A DNA stretch of 64,000 nucleotides from a virus. Positions 10,801 through 19,350 of the stretch are shown here, piece by piece. Each line of letters starts with the position of its first letter. The first letter of the stretch is position 1. The stretch covers positions 1 to 64,000 of the IMG/VR virus record IMGVR_UViG_3300017991_000075; one strand, given 5' to 3'. The notes below the pieces were generated by a model. That model worked only from the letters and a program-made list of their open reading frames with translations. It was not told where the DNA came from and did no database searches. Position numbers and translations under genes: made by a program.

Positions 10801-10976
10801 CGTGGCATGACGACAAACACTATGGGTGTTTCACTACCCCAACTAGAAAACTGTTTTGTGCAGACTGAAGCCGTACGATTCCAAAGACCGCAACGCTGAC
10901 ACATACCCTGAACGTCAACCTTTTCCATCTCGGTCAGAGGGAACGACTTTAGCTTTGATTGCTTGCCGGGCATCAT
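7845..10976 (-). CDS. polA: Family A DNA polymerase with N-terminal UDG-family-4-like domain and 3'-5' exonuclease
   Basis: Exo motifs FDIE, AHNVAYD, YCCADAD; pol motifs TRTGRKS, DFSQLELR (A), KSIWFGPLYG (B), VHDS (C); N-terminal CQRC...VRC...C...L..EI...RP..V..G is UDG-like. Confidence 0.95.
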   Translation of the reverse strand: MMPGKQSKLKSFPLTEMEKVDVQGMCQRCGLWNRTASVCTKQFSSWGSETPIVFVVMPRIVDEDSMAGGVCGDEQVRNFIMAQIAQAMQIDDPVPHVRFASLVRCPSGATKPTMEHYKHCADLLALEIARYRPRIVFGVGGAAKTDVYAALGLPQRTRGFVQEVPRQIPLSAPLVGEKKRFVASLDRGEFPCHVLKTSNIAWAFREPFVFKEIMHDFTKIRGILDGTYPAADTFAGRNYHVVKDADFAIQVLQYFAGLDRFAFDIEAGPAPYALDPYTSKSKVLGVGFADVHRNSYFIPLHHKDCPYKDRLADVLQALQGTLQSPAEKTAHNVAYDGTYLRIKYGYEVTNIHFDTQLAHGLIDENLFHSLKYLSEMDTDLGYYDDELLDGFRDEKGKKVTAGNRCYENHVSLDVLGRYCCADADATEQLRVKYEEELRSINMLDYFYKMTMPDVRSVIETQVAGVAINTPHRDSMLIDFQTKLDAAKIPIVNTTAHKVWMVDKSKDLKGKGKYLQSDEGFIYRDFEHCMHHADKPVAWFSEDGQTGREYAPGGFDELRMAKVMLKTRDSLAKNSTYRVSELELNPHSNPDLQKFLYGKRYCGLNPVKATPSGGASTDKESMNKLKEQDPVCQAIIDVRTWQKNLSTYCLPFQQGQYEYVDTKGKKKTGIGYIRDDGLCHPSFIMTGNDRGQGNKEKGKGTRTGRKSAVEPPIQTMKTRGAGSKPIKKLFVTKHIDPTGALMQWDFSQLELRLFGIVAGISWMIERYQEGADLHLELAMEVWNKTSEECLANNGEYRGHTKSIWFGPLYGESPKGIAEDLTKKGLIISEDETKDILDKMYARMPEYKVFEQKTVQSLRDTCCVWTVTGRRRYLPTFFSSEKYIVSQAKRQAINFQIQSPGSDMMTLTWFTLNNWAKRLGLKSRVVISVHDSIIWDCPPGEMPIVAVATKYVMEHVPFQFLVGTPVPILADGEAGTSWGSMIDLSKAHDTTTLKEKKGIEDLSVIGSDLLPYVNTGVVPYEHWYQSLSEHSYLDPLKEFCSTPYI

Positions 10977-11469
10977 CTACTCCAACTATGAACCAACGGA
11001 TGGCCTTGAACCAGATTACGAAGGTAGCGATCAGAAGGATCAGCAGCAGGCCGAACCACACCGTGCCCAACAAAAGGGACTGATCCTCTGTGAATGTCCG
11101 GATAAGGAGATGCAGCGCGAAGAAGGAGCATGCATTAGTAACAGCTCCCACGATGAAAAAAGCTATAAGGCCACGAAGACGGGTTTTGAGAGACTGATCA
11201 TTCGGCCCCTCAAGATACCCTCCAGCAGCGGTATACCCATCTTCGTAACCCTGTTCATAGCTCTTACTCGTTTCACGAACGGCTTCACGGCTCACTTGGC
11301 TTACAAGCCATTCGCCGAACGTGATCGGTGTTTCACCTTTCCAGCATCCAGACTCGATGTAGCCCTTATGAAAATCCCGAAGCTCAGGATCGTTTACCAC
11401 ATCGAATATGTCTCTGAGCTTCCTCAGATACCCTTCATCTGGTTCGGGTATCTTTGGATGCTCTGACAT
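10915..11469 (-). CDS. Hypothetical membrane protein
   Basis: Two hydrophobic segments near the C-terminus; YEQGYEDGY motif. Confidence 0.65.
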   Translation of the reverse strand: MSEHPKIPEPDEGYLRKLRDIFDVVNDPELRDFHKGYIESGCWKGETPITFGEWLVSQVSREAVRETSKSYEQGYEDGYTAAGGYLEGPNDQSLKTRLRGLIAFFIVGAVTNACSFFALHLLIRTFTEDQSLLLGTVWFGLLLILLIATFVIWFKAIRWFIVGVDDARQAIKAKVVPSDRDGKG

Positions 11470-11472
11470 ATG

Positions 11473-13041
11473 CTACCTCTTCTTGCGACGAATCGCTTTC
11501 TTGCTGCCAGCTTTCTTCCTGACAACTTTCTTCTTGGTAGAACGCTTCTTTGAAGCAGCCTTCTTGCGCGGCGTTTTCTTGGCTACCTTCTTACGAGCAG
11601 CCTTTTTCTTGCTAGTACGTCCCTTGGACGACTGGCGGCTGCTGGTATTGCTGCTGCGGCTGTTGCCCGACTTGTTGCCCGCCCGCCGCGTGGAGGTTGT
11701 CGGTGATGATTTTCCCAGGCGTGCGGCCTCCAACAATGCAGTGGTGTTCGCTTCAATCGCAGCAGTCAGACGATCAATCTGGTCTGGTGTGACCGAAGGC
11801 ACTAGAACACCCGCAACTTCCTGCAACTCTCCGATATCAACGGGCTCTGGAGGTGCCCCTGGAGGAGCCGCTTCCATCGGAGCGACCTGAACCTGATTCG
11901 CTGTTGTAGCAGTGTTAGGCCCAGGAGCCTCGATAGTGGTCGTTGACTGTGCAGGAGCTGCAGGAGGACCTGCGGCAACTACCTCATGATAACCATCAGG
12001 CATTGGTACTTCGGCAGGCCAGAACTCTGCCTTGATCTTGCTGGCGACTTTACCGCCATCGGTCATAACATCAGGGCCGCCCTCAGCGGGGATACGAGCT
12101 GCCTTACCAACAAGCTTCTTTTTGAATTCCTTATAGACGGCATCCGGATTCTTGGTGAGCTTCGGAGACCCAGCTTCCCATGAGCGTTTCTTGAATCCGC
12201 TGAGAGAGGTGTCTGACAATCCCTTCGGGCCATGCTTCCGTATCACGAGTACGAGAGCAGCAAGCTCCATTTCCTGTTCCTTGGTTGTTGAATCAAAGAA
12301 GTAGTGCTGAGAGCTGTAAGGGATGTTGACATCCGGACCAACCCACTTCTCCTTCACCCATTCCTCACTGCCAACCGCCTCAATTGCGGCTGTAGCTGCT
12401 GCCGGTGGAGCCGCAGGAGCTGCCGCCGCCGGAGCTGCCTGTTGCGGTACTGGTGGGGCAGCGGGCTGAGCAGGCGGTGTCGGTGCCGCTGCTTGAGGTG
12501 CGGGTGGAGCAGCCGGTGTAGCTGGGGGCACCGGAGCTGCCTGTGGTGCAGGTTGAGCTGCCGCCGGAAGTGCCCATTCAAGATTGGCATCTTGGAAGTG
12601 CTGCTTGATGAGCGAAGTCACCCCCTCGACAACACCTGGGATCTGAACGAACATCGCGTTTGCCTGATCATCTGTAGACGGTGCCTGAATCTGGAAGACT
12701 CGGCAGAACGTCGCGATAATAGCACACGCCTGAACATCAACACCTGATGCCGGATTGAACGGCGCAACAGCCCCCATATCTGCGGCTGACGCAGCATAAG
12801 CAGCCATCGTACCGTCAAGGTGCGCAACCTCGTTGTTGCTTGAAAGATGTGTAGCAACCTGTCCCGCGAACTGAACCGTACGATTACCGTTCGCATCAAC
12901 ATACTGGTTGATAACGGAAGCCATGCCTTCAATAGCATAGGCACACTGACGAAGCCAATCCACGATCTGTGGATTGTTCAACGCCTGGGACCAGCTCTCA
13001 ATGCCTCTGAGCTGGGAATAAATCTGAACAGTTGAACTCAT
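11473..13041 (-). CDS. Multidomain protein with Pro/Ala linkers and histone H1-like Lys-rich tail
   Basis: C-terminus KKKAARKKVAKKTPRKKAASKKRSTKKKVVRKKAGSKKAIRRKKR; GGAG RBS before ATG 13041. Confidence 0.75.
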   Translation of the reverse strand: MSSTVQIYSQLRGIESWSQALNNPQIVDWLRQCAYAIEGMASVINQYVDANGNRTVQFAGQVATHLSSNNEVAHLDGTMAAYAASAADMGAVAPFNPASGVDVQACAIIATFCRVFQIQAPSTDDQANAMFVQIPGVVEGVTSLIKQHFQDANLEWALPAAAQPAPQAAPVPPATPAAPPAPQAAAPTPPAQPAAPPVPQQAAPAAAAPAAPPAAATAAIEAVGSEEWVKEKWVGPDVNIPYSSQHYFFDSTTKEQEMELAALVLVIRKHGPKGLSDTSLSGFKKRSWEAGSPKLTKNPDAVYKEFKKKLVGKAARIPAEGGPDVMTDGGKVASKIKAEFWPAEVPMPDGYHEVVAAGPPAAPAQSTTTIEAPGPNTATTANQVQVAPMEAAPPGAPPEPVDIGELQEVAGVLVPSVTPDQIDRLTAAIEANTTALLEAARLGKSSPTTSTRRAGNKSGNSRSSNTSSRQSSKGRTSKKKAARKKVAKKTPRKKAASKKRSTKKKVVRKKAGSKKAIRRKKR

Positions 13042-13114
13042 TTCAAATTTCTCCATCGAAGTTGTGGTTAGAACCACGAGTTAGAACTATGAATGTTTGC
13101 TTTTACCTTCTCCG

Positions 13115-13507
13115 CTAATCGAGCGGAAGATCAAATTCACCATCGGCAACCAGACCGACAGCGACTGTCACGACACCGTTGATACCGATGTCTTTGGGTC
13201 TCCTGTACTTTGAGACCTTACTCTTGAGAAGTTTCCACAACGCCCTGTTGATCTGCAACCTCTTTGCTGCATCAACCGTACTGATGCTCAGGTAGACGAA
13301 CTTCGCACTTGCTGGAACGATGTAAGTCCCGGTCGCCTCAGCGATCGCATCCTGGAACTCCTCGTCATTCATGATGACATCAAAAAGCGTCTCGTAGATA
13401 TACGTCAACCGAATATGTTTTGGCTGACGGTCCTTGAAACGCTCAAAGGTTTCAGCGTTCACCCGGTACGCCACGGACGCTGAACCTTTCTCCCTTACCT
13501 TCGGCAT
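13115..13507 (-). CDS. Putative tandem ribbon-helix-helix regulator
   Basis: Two beta-alpha-alpha-like units (SVAYRVNAETFERFK; KRLQINRALWKLLK); AAGGAG RBS before ATG 13507. Confidence 0.45.
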   Translation of the reverse strand: MPKVREKGSASVAYRVNAETFERFKDRQPKHIRLTYIYETLFDVIMNDEEFQDAIAEATGTYIVPASAKFVYLSISTVDAAKRLQINRALWKLLKSKVSKYRRPKDIGINGVVTVAVGLVADGEFDLPLD

Positions 13508-13545
13508 GATGTTACTCCTTTGCTCACCTCCTTTGAGATGTTCTC

Positions 13546-14331
13546 CTACACATGGGGCCACTCAATCACTGTTCGCCAACCATTGGCAAAAAACTCACGT
13601 ATCTTGTTCAAGAACGACGCCAACTTCTGGAACTGTTCCAGAGCAAACGCAATTCGCATGGCCGAATGAAATTCTTTTGTTTTGTCATCGGCGACACTGT
13701 AGTGGATATCAACGACATCTGCTGAGGACGCCAGCATAGCCAGCTCCGTTCTCAACCATATTAGTGTCGTACCAACATGACTGCCTTCGTGTACCACGGA
13801 CAAATAGAACTTGACCTCGAATTGCTGTGCCGGAAGAAATCCATCTGACCCAACAGACAGAGACGCCTCTATCAACTTGGTGACGAATTCTTCACACGAC
13901 GATTCGTTGTATGACCAATTCTCTCTCGTCTGAACCATCTTGTAATGATAGCCCGCTTCCATCCAGTACATCGGGTTGAAGATCACAGCCGGAAAGATTC
14001 TACCCAGGCGTTTGAGCTGCAACATTTTGATCAAACCGAATGGCTCGTCAGGATTGAAGAATGGCACCAACTCTTTGTCATTGAAGACAGGATGCTCATT
14101 GTTACCTGCGGCCATGCTGTTTTCAATCTGCCGCAATCTGCGGTATCGGAATTCAAGGTCTGGTGGAATCTCCATGTCCGCATCAGCGTACTCGCCGACA
14201 ACCTCATCGAGAAGCTTGCGCAACTCGGAGGCAAGCTGGCCCCGCATGCCCGAAAGACGAGCGTGCGAGTCGGTTAGACTCTCGTATATACAGAATGGAT
14301 TGACGACTTGCGGTGCTGTACCCAAAGTCAT
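13546..14331 (-). CDS. Hypothetical protein
   Basis: Long ORF; AAGGAG RBS before MTLG at 14331. Confidence 0.7.
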   Translation of the reverse strand: MTLGTAPQVVNPFCIYESLTDSHARLSGMRGQLASELRKLLDEVVGEYADADMEIPPDLEFRYRRLRQIENSMAAGNNEHPVFNDKELVPFFNPDEPFGLIKMLQLKRLGRIFPAVIFNPMYWMEAGYHYKMVQTRENWSYNESSCEEFVTKLIEASLSVGSDGFLPAQQFEVKFYLSVVHEGSHVGTTLIWLRTELAMLASSADVVDIHYSVADDKTKEFHSAMRIAFALEQFQKLASFLNKIREFFANGWRTVIEWPHV

Positions 14332-14359
14332 ACGGTGCTCCTTTCTCCATCGAGCTGTC

Positions 14360-14387
14360 AGCATAGCAGCCGACAACTCGGAATCAA
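14360..14387 (-). promoter_or_regulatory. Sigma70-like promoter TTGATT-N16-TATGCT (extended -10)
   Basis: Intergenic, oriented toward the 14331 gene, T-rich upstream. Confidence 0.55.
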
Positions 14388-14412
14388 GTTTCGTTTACTG
14401 GAAAAACAAAAT

Positions 14413-15177
14413 TTATTGGGACGTTTTCGTGGCAGACTTTTCCTGCGTAGCAGTTATTGCGACCACATTATCGGACTTTCGAACTTTTTCAAAAGCAGCA
14501 GCCTGATCTTCAAAAGATACATCGTCCTGCCCGTAAGTAGCGATCTCTTTCACGAGCTTGTGTAGATCGAGATTAGAATCGACAGACGCCTGAGTGACGC
14601 TCGGCACTTCACCTTGCTTTATCTCATCCCAATCAATGACCGCCAAACTTGCCGGTACATTTGAAACAATTTCTTCAACAACACCACCACGAACAACGAC
14701 CTTAAAATTAGCCCTCTGTAACTGCGCCCTAATCTTGTAATCAGATTTCCACTTGAGCAATTCTTTTGCCAGATTACCCTCGGTGGTATCCTGCCGCATA
14801 CGATAACCCGTGACGTCACGATCGAGAATTGCTCGAATGATGTCTGTCAAATCCTGTTCGTTATCTCCAGCAAACAAATTTGACAACACTTCGAATAGAC
14901 CTTGCTTTGTCAAGAACGCCCTGTCCTCAGCTCGTGCATCTGTACCTTCATCCACCTTGGGTACGATCTCGAAACACTCTTTGTAGTCCTCATGACCGCA
15001 CGCTTTACAGCTACAACTCCCGCCCTCAGCATCCCAATCAGGGCTCTCATAATGCTGGATTCCATCATCATGAACCTCGAAAAGAGTTGTACCGAGAATC
15101 AAGAATGGCCCAAACGAACCACACGCCGGGCACCTCATCCCATCCAAACTATTCTCGTTCAATTTTACTTCACTCAT
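14413..15177 (-). CDS. Hypothetical protein with N-terminal Zn ribbon
   Basis: CPAC...CKAC; AGGAG RBS. Confidence 0.7.
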   Translation of the reverse strand: MSEVKLNENSLDGMRCPACGSFGPFLILGTTLFEVHDDGIQHYESPDWDAEGGSCSCKACGHEDYKECFEIVPKVDEGTDARAEDRAFLTKQGLFEVLSNLFAGDNEQDLTDIIRAILDRDVTGYRMRQDTTEGNLAKELLKWKSDYKIRAQLQRANFKVVVRGGVVEEIVSNVPASLAVIDWDEIKQGEVPSVTQASVDSNLDLHKLVKEIATYGQDDVSFEDQAAAFEKVRKSDNVVAITATQEKSATKTSQ

Positions 15178-15205
15178 TTGTTTCTCCTATGCAACAAAAG
15201 TTAGT

Positions 15206-15553
15206 TCACAGTTCAAAATTAGTATAGTCACTCAAAGGGATCACTAAAAATGACTCGATATTATCACGAGTCTTTTCAAACTCCGAAGGCAACTGCCTGA
15301 CTAAACGACGGGCACGACGTTTCGCCAACCCAGCCCGGTGCCTCTGTAACACCCCCATGCATGTACCCGCATACAAAAAGTCGTACAGCTTGATGACTTT
15401 CTTTATCACTTGGATTACCTGGTCCAATCGAGCATGCCCGTAGTGCATCATGTCGAACGTGAGATCGCGGCTCATCTCATCGAGCCAATCGGTATCAAAG
15501 AACCCAAACGGAGTTTCTCGCTTGAACTCCATGACAAGTGTCGCTTCTCCCAT
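15206..15553 (-). CDS. Hypothetical protein
   Basis: 115-aa ORF with GGAG RBS in the operon. Confidence 0.6.
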   Translation of the reverse strand: MGEATLVMEFKRETPFGFFDTDWLDEMSRDLTFDMMHYGHARLDQVIQVIKKVIKLYDFLYAGTCMGVLQRHRAGLAKRRARRLVRQLPSEFEKTRDNIESFLVIPLSDYTNFEL

Positions 15554-15555
15554 CG

Positions 15556-16509
15556 TTACTCTCCCCCATCTTCAATGTCACCGAAGTATTCGTCTAATTC
15601 CTCTTCCCAACGCTCCTCTATCAGCTCCTCGATCTCTGTCCAATTGTCGGTCATGAGTTCAATCTGACGACGCATCTTTCCCTCTTCACGCTTTAGTTTG
15701 TCGAACTTCACATCATCTCTAAAGTCGGCGACCGTATCTGCGATCAACCCGTTGATAACTTTCGGCTCAAGAGCATCAAGCTCCCAACTCTCATCACCGA
15801 ACTGAGCGACGTAATCCTTAGCACGAGGGTCCGTCATCTTCGCCGGGTTCGGTGGCGGCCCATATTCCACAACCTGTTCCATGTTCAACGCCAAACGCAC
15901 GACATGCAAATGACCGACAAACATCGCCATGCGATCGAGAATGTCTCTCGTCATATCGATCCCGCTAGAGTCATGATCACCGAGGTGCAGGATGACGGGC
16001 TGCTGACCACGCCCTATCAACTCTCTCATGCGACGAGCTGAACGCCACATTGCGCTTTGACTGTTGTACCCCTTACACGCAAAGTAAGGCACTCGTAAAT
16101 CCTCGCAAGTATTTTCGATGACCCCTTTGAGGGCCTCCTTTTCAATCCAAACTTCAGGTCGATAATCCTGACCCGACCAGAGATCGAGTTTGAACTGCTC
16201 AGCACACGCCGACAGTATGTTGGGCACACCGTTCCACGTCACGGGTTCTTCCACTTCGCGAGTACGATCGACAATCGTATCCCAATCAACGTACCCGGCC
16301 AGTCTGGCGTCATTGATGATGTTACCCAATCTGTTATAACTGGCTGTTGTGTTCGGCAACAGGTCACGACTGACAAACTGATAGTAGAGCTGCCTGAGCG
16401 TCAGGTCGAAACCTTGGGCAGCGTATTCGGCGATTATTCCGTTTGCCTGTTCAATGATCCTTAGAGTTTCAGGACGAAACTTCTTAGTGATATATTCAAT
16501 ACACGGCAT
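15556..16509 (-). CDS. Spo11/topoisomerase VI-A-like protein (winged helix + TOPRIM; Mini-A-like)
   Basis: LTLRQLYY (catalytic Tyr region), EVWIEKEAL (TOPRIM Glu), HLGDHDSSGIDM (DxD), SWELDAL. Confidence 0.8.
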   Translation of the reverse strand: MPCIEYITKKFRPETLRIIEQANGIIAEYAAQGFDLTLRQLYYQFVSRDLLPNTTASYNRLGNIINDARLAGYVDWDTIVDRTREVEEPVTWNGVPNILSACAEQFKLDLWSGQDYRPEVWIEKEALKGVIENTCEDLRVPYFACKGYNSQSAMWRSARRMRELIGRGQQPVILHLGDHDSSGIDMTRDILDRMAMFVGHLHVVRLALNMEQVVEYGPPPNPAKMTDPRAKDYVAQFGDESWELDALEPKVINGLIADTVADFRDDVKFDKLKREEGKMRRQIELMTDNWTEIEELIEERWEEELDEYFGDIEDGGE

Positions 16510-16511
16510 AA

Positions 16512-17090
16512 TTATCTCCCTCTAATCCGTGACGGCATGACCTTGATACCCTTGTACCTGTTATGCCGCATCTCTAACTCGTCTTTCGCGGAGTCGATAA
16601 CCGCCAACAGGTCCAGATGCCAATGCGGTTCGTGTACATTGATCTGCCACCATGAAACATGGTCATCTGTATCTATCGTGTTAGATATAACCCCATCAAT
16701 AAACACGATCTGTTTCACATTAGTCACAGGGTCACAGCGTATCTGAGCGCGAAGCTGGTATTCGGCATCTTCAACGCCAGGAACCGAGTAGCAATGATCG
16801 GAGCCGACATCGATGTCCTCACATTCTGGAACAGCGTGATCCTTGAACGCTATAAACATCATATCGACAGCAATCTTAGCTAGTTCCAAAACTCCTGACT
16901 GAACGTCCATAACAAAACCACCGTAATCATCATGTGCTTCGACTTCTTCAGTCCATCCCTGTGTAGCGCAAAAACACATCCACGCCAAAAAAGCGTGAGC
17001 GTCATCCGTCAGCACATAATCGGGTGTCGCAGCATTTGCGGCGCAGTAATAGTGGAGAGGGTTTTTCAGAAGTTCGAGATTCCCCTTCAT
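16512..17090 (-). CDS. Hypothetical protein
   Basis: 192 aa, AAGGAG RBS, ATGA overlap. Confidence 0.7.
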   Translation of the reverse strand: MKGNLELLKNPLHYYCAANAATPDYVLTDDAHAFLAWMCFCATQGWTEEVEAHDDYGGFVMDVQSGVLELAKIAVDMMFIAFKDHAVPECEDIDVGSDHCYSVPGVEDAEYQLRAQIRCDPVTNVKQIVFIDGVISNTIDTDDHVSWWQINVHEPHWHLDLLAVIDSAKDELEMRHNRYKGIKVMPSRIRGR

Positions 17091-17416
17091 AGGTTTGCTC
17101 CTTTAGCCGTTTCAATGGCCGCTGCGATATCGCTGTACTCGTTACTCACATCCATGTCATACTTTTCCAACGACTTCAGAAAATCGAGAACAGGGCAGCA
17201 TGCCGCATAGAGTTCCTGAGCAGCTCTTTTGATACGAGGAAGATCGTGCAAAGAACTTCTCGCAACTTCGAGAGCGTCCTCGATCTCTTTAGCGTAACGC
17301 ATGCTGTCGTTGTAATCTTCACAGCCCTCAACAAGACCTTCGGCCTCGTCGAGATAGTCACGCTGCTGATCTTCAGCAGCTTCAATAATTTTGTCTATCG
17401 CATCTGATAGTTTCAT
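17087..17416 (-). CDS. Hypothetical acidic helical protein
   Basis: 109-aa ORF in the early operon. Confidence 0.65.
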   Translation of the reverse strand: MKLSDAIDKIIEAAEDQQRDYLDEAEGLVEGCEDYNDSMRYAKEIEDALEVARSSLHDLPRIKRAAQELYAACCPVLDFLKSLEKYDMDVSNEYSDIAAAIETAKGANL

Positions 17417-17423
17417 GGTTCAC

Positions 17424-18632
17424 CTACTCCTTTCCAACCGAACACAACGCGAGTCGAACCTCTGCGAACTTCGGTTCAAGAATCTCAGCTAGCTGTGTCT
17501 TGGTTAGTTCTAAGCTGAAAAACGCTAGCGGAGCTGGCACCCACCTTTGCCACGCCTTCGTGAAGGACTGTTGCGTACATTCTTCACCAACATCTCTCAC
17601 AGGTTCTGCCTTATTATACTCGTGCGCACCCTCGTCATCCGCCGAGCACTCTTCCCACTGACCAGCATCCTTGAACTTTCGTTTGTGCTGGGGCCATGAC
17701 ACGATTGCCAGCCCGGAGCGCATCTCAATGTCACAATCATCGAAATCGAACAGTTCAAAGCGTTCGTTATCAACATGGCACCGAAGCCAATCGAGCGACT
17801 TACCTTGGAGGTTGTCGATGCGATACCTCATACACGCCTTGACGAACTCAACCCATTTCGTCGCTGACTCAAAGAAATCAGCCAGCCCGTTATAAGCGTC
17901 CCACAACGTATCAGCATCCTCTTCAGGATTATCGGCCTCAACATTCTCCCACGCCTCAATACAGCTCAGGATGTCACCAGCCTCAGTTGTGTGATGACCA
18001 CTCCATGTTCCTTCACGAGTGTACTCCTTCAATGTGTCAGCGGCTGTGTTCGTATCCCTGAACGTCAAGTGACCGCCGCCACGACCTTCGCCATACACCT
18101 CTGGAAATTTGTGCTCACCGAAGTAACCATCGCTGTTATGGCACTCGTCGGCCATATCGAAACGCCAGAAGTCATCGCGCTCCCACTCTTCAAGCTGCTC
18201 CATGACTTCTTCTTTGAGTTCAGGAACACCCATACTCTCATAACACTTGACATTGACTGACAACGAACCGTTGTAGATTTCTCCACCGGCTGACATGAAT
18301 GCGTTGATAGCCTCTTCAGCTCTGTCCATGACTCCCTGCACCTTGAGGCGTATTCGCTTCAACAGATAGGCTTTGAGGCTGCCGGCACAGCTATCAGCGG
18401 TAAAACCTAGAACTTCTACATCGGAAACGGAAACCTTGTCCTCATCAAATAACTCATCATGAACGCAACTGATCATAGCGTCTTCATCGAGCAACTCCTG
18501 CACTTCAAATATTTCCATGTCATCAAGCACAGGAGTCAGATCGAATCCAGGGTAAGCACACACCCCTTCCTGATGAAGCTCGTCGTTTACTTTCACCCTC
18601 ACGATTACTCTAAGCTCTTTTGTTTCTGACAT
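17424..18632 (-). CDS. Hypothetical acidic protein
   Basis: 402-aa ORF rich in D/E. Confidence 0.75.
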   Translation of the reverse strand: MSETKELRVIVRVKVNDELHQEGVCAYPGFDLTPVLDDMEIFEVQELLDEDAMISCVHDELFDEDKVSVSDVEVLGFTADSCAGSLKAYLLKRIRLKVQGVMDRAEEAINAFMSAGGEIYNGSLSVNVKCYESMGVPELKEEVMEQLEEWERDDFWRFDMADECHNSDGYFGEHKFPEVYGEGRGGGHLTFRDTNTAADTLKEYTREGTWSGHHTTEAGDILSCIEAWENVEADNPEEDADTLWDAYNGLADFFESATKWVEFVKACMRYRIDNLQGKSLDWLRCHVDNERFELFDFDDCDIEMRSGLAIVSWPQHKRKFKDAGQWEECSADDEGAHEYNKAEPVRDVGEECTQQSFTKAWQRWVPAPLAFFSLELTKTQLAEILEPKFAEVRLALCSVGKE

Positions 18633-18673
18633 AACACTTTCCTTCCTTCAACGGATTTGAAAAAGTTGTTTAC

Positions 18674-19072
18674 TTACTCCACAATAAAAACGGTCATATC
18701 TCCATAACGAATGCCCATGCAGATGTAAACACCGTCTTCCTGATCAAACTCAACTTCGACAGCATCTGCGGCATAATCACCAAGATCGTCCGGAACCTCA
18801 TGCCCGAACGCTTTGTCGGCCTTATACGCAGCAATGACATGCTTGAACAACATCCGCACATGACTACGATACGTATCGTGGACCCACTCTAACGGCCCGA
18901 ACACTGGGCCGTTAGCCCCCCACCGACCGTGCTCGTCGTGATCCTCCTCGCTAATGAATCCATGAAACAGAGCCATATACATGCCCGGTAGCAGCTTGCC
19001 TTGATGACTCCCATAAACAACAAAACCTGCATCACGCAGGTCCTGTTCGATCTCTTCAATTGATTTTTTCAT
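18674..19072 (-). CDS. Hypothetical protein
   Basis: 132 aa, GGAGG RBS, TAATG coupling. Confidence 0.7.
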   Translation of the reverse strand: MKKSIEEIEQDLRDAGFVVYGSHQGKLLPGMYMALFHGFISEEDHDEHGRWGANGPVFGPLEWVHDTYRSHVRMLFKHVIAAYKADKAFGHEVPDDLGDYAADAVEVEFDQEDGVYICMGIRYGDMTVFIVE

Positions 19073-19350
19073 TAGATGTCAACCTCCCAACCTTCATCAA
19101 AATCGATGTCCGGGTGCAGGGCCTTCGCCAGTTTCGTAAGCTTATCCTCAATATTGTCAAGCCGCCTACGAATCTCGGTCAACGGGTCAACAGCTTCAGG
19201 GTTGTAAGGGTCGTTGCTTTCGACTTCACGAAGATCAACCATCCCACCACCGCCACACACGGGACAGATATGGATTATGTCATGGAACGCCGGACCACCC
19301 GGCATAGGTAACTTACCTGCGCCATCGCAGTTTTTACACATCACTTTCAT
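19072..19350 (-). CDS. Small protein with DnaJ-type CxxCxGxG zinc finger
   Basis: CKNCDGAG...CPVCGGGG; likely start MKVMC at 19350. Confidence 0.65.
   Translation of the reverse strand: MKVMCKNCDGAGKLPMPGGPAFHDIIHICPVCGGGGMVDLREVESNDPYNPEAVDPLTEIRRRLDNIEDKLTKLAKALHPDIDFDEGWEVDI

Noticed and set aside
15556-16509. Wadjet (JetD) defence system
   Set aside because: No JetABC/SMC operon next to it; the Rad50-like ATPase 20 kb away is paired with Mre11.
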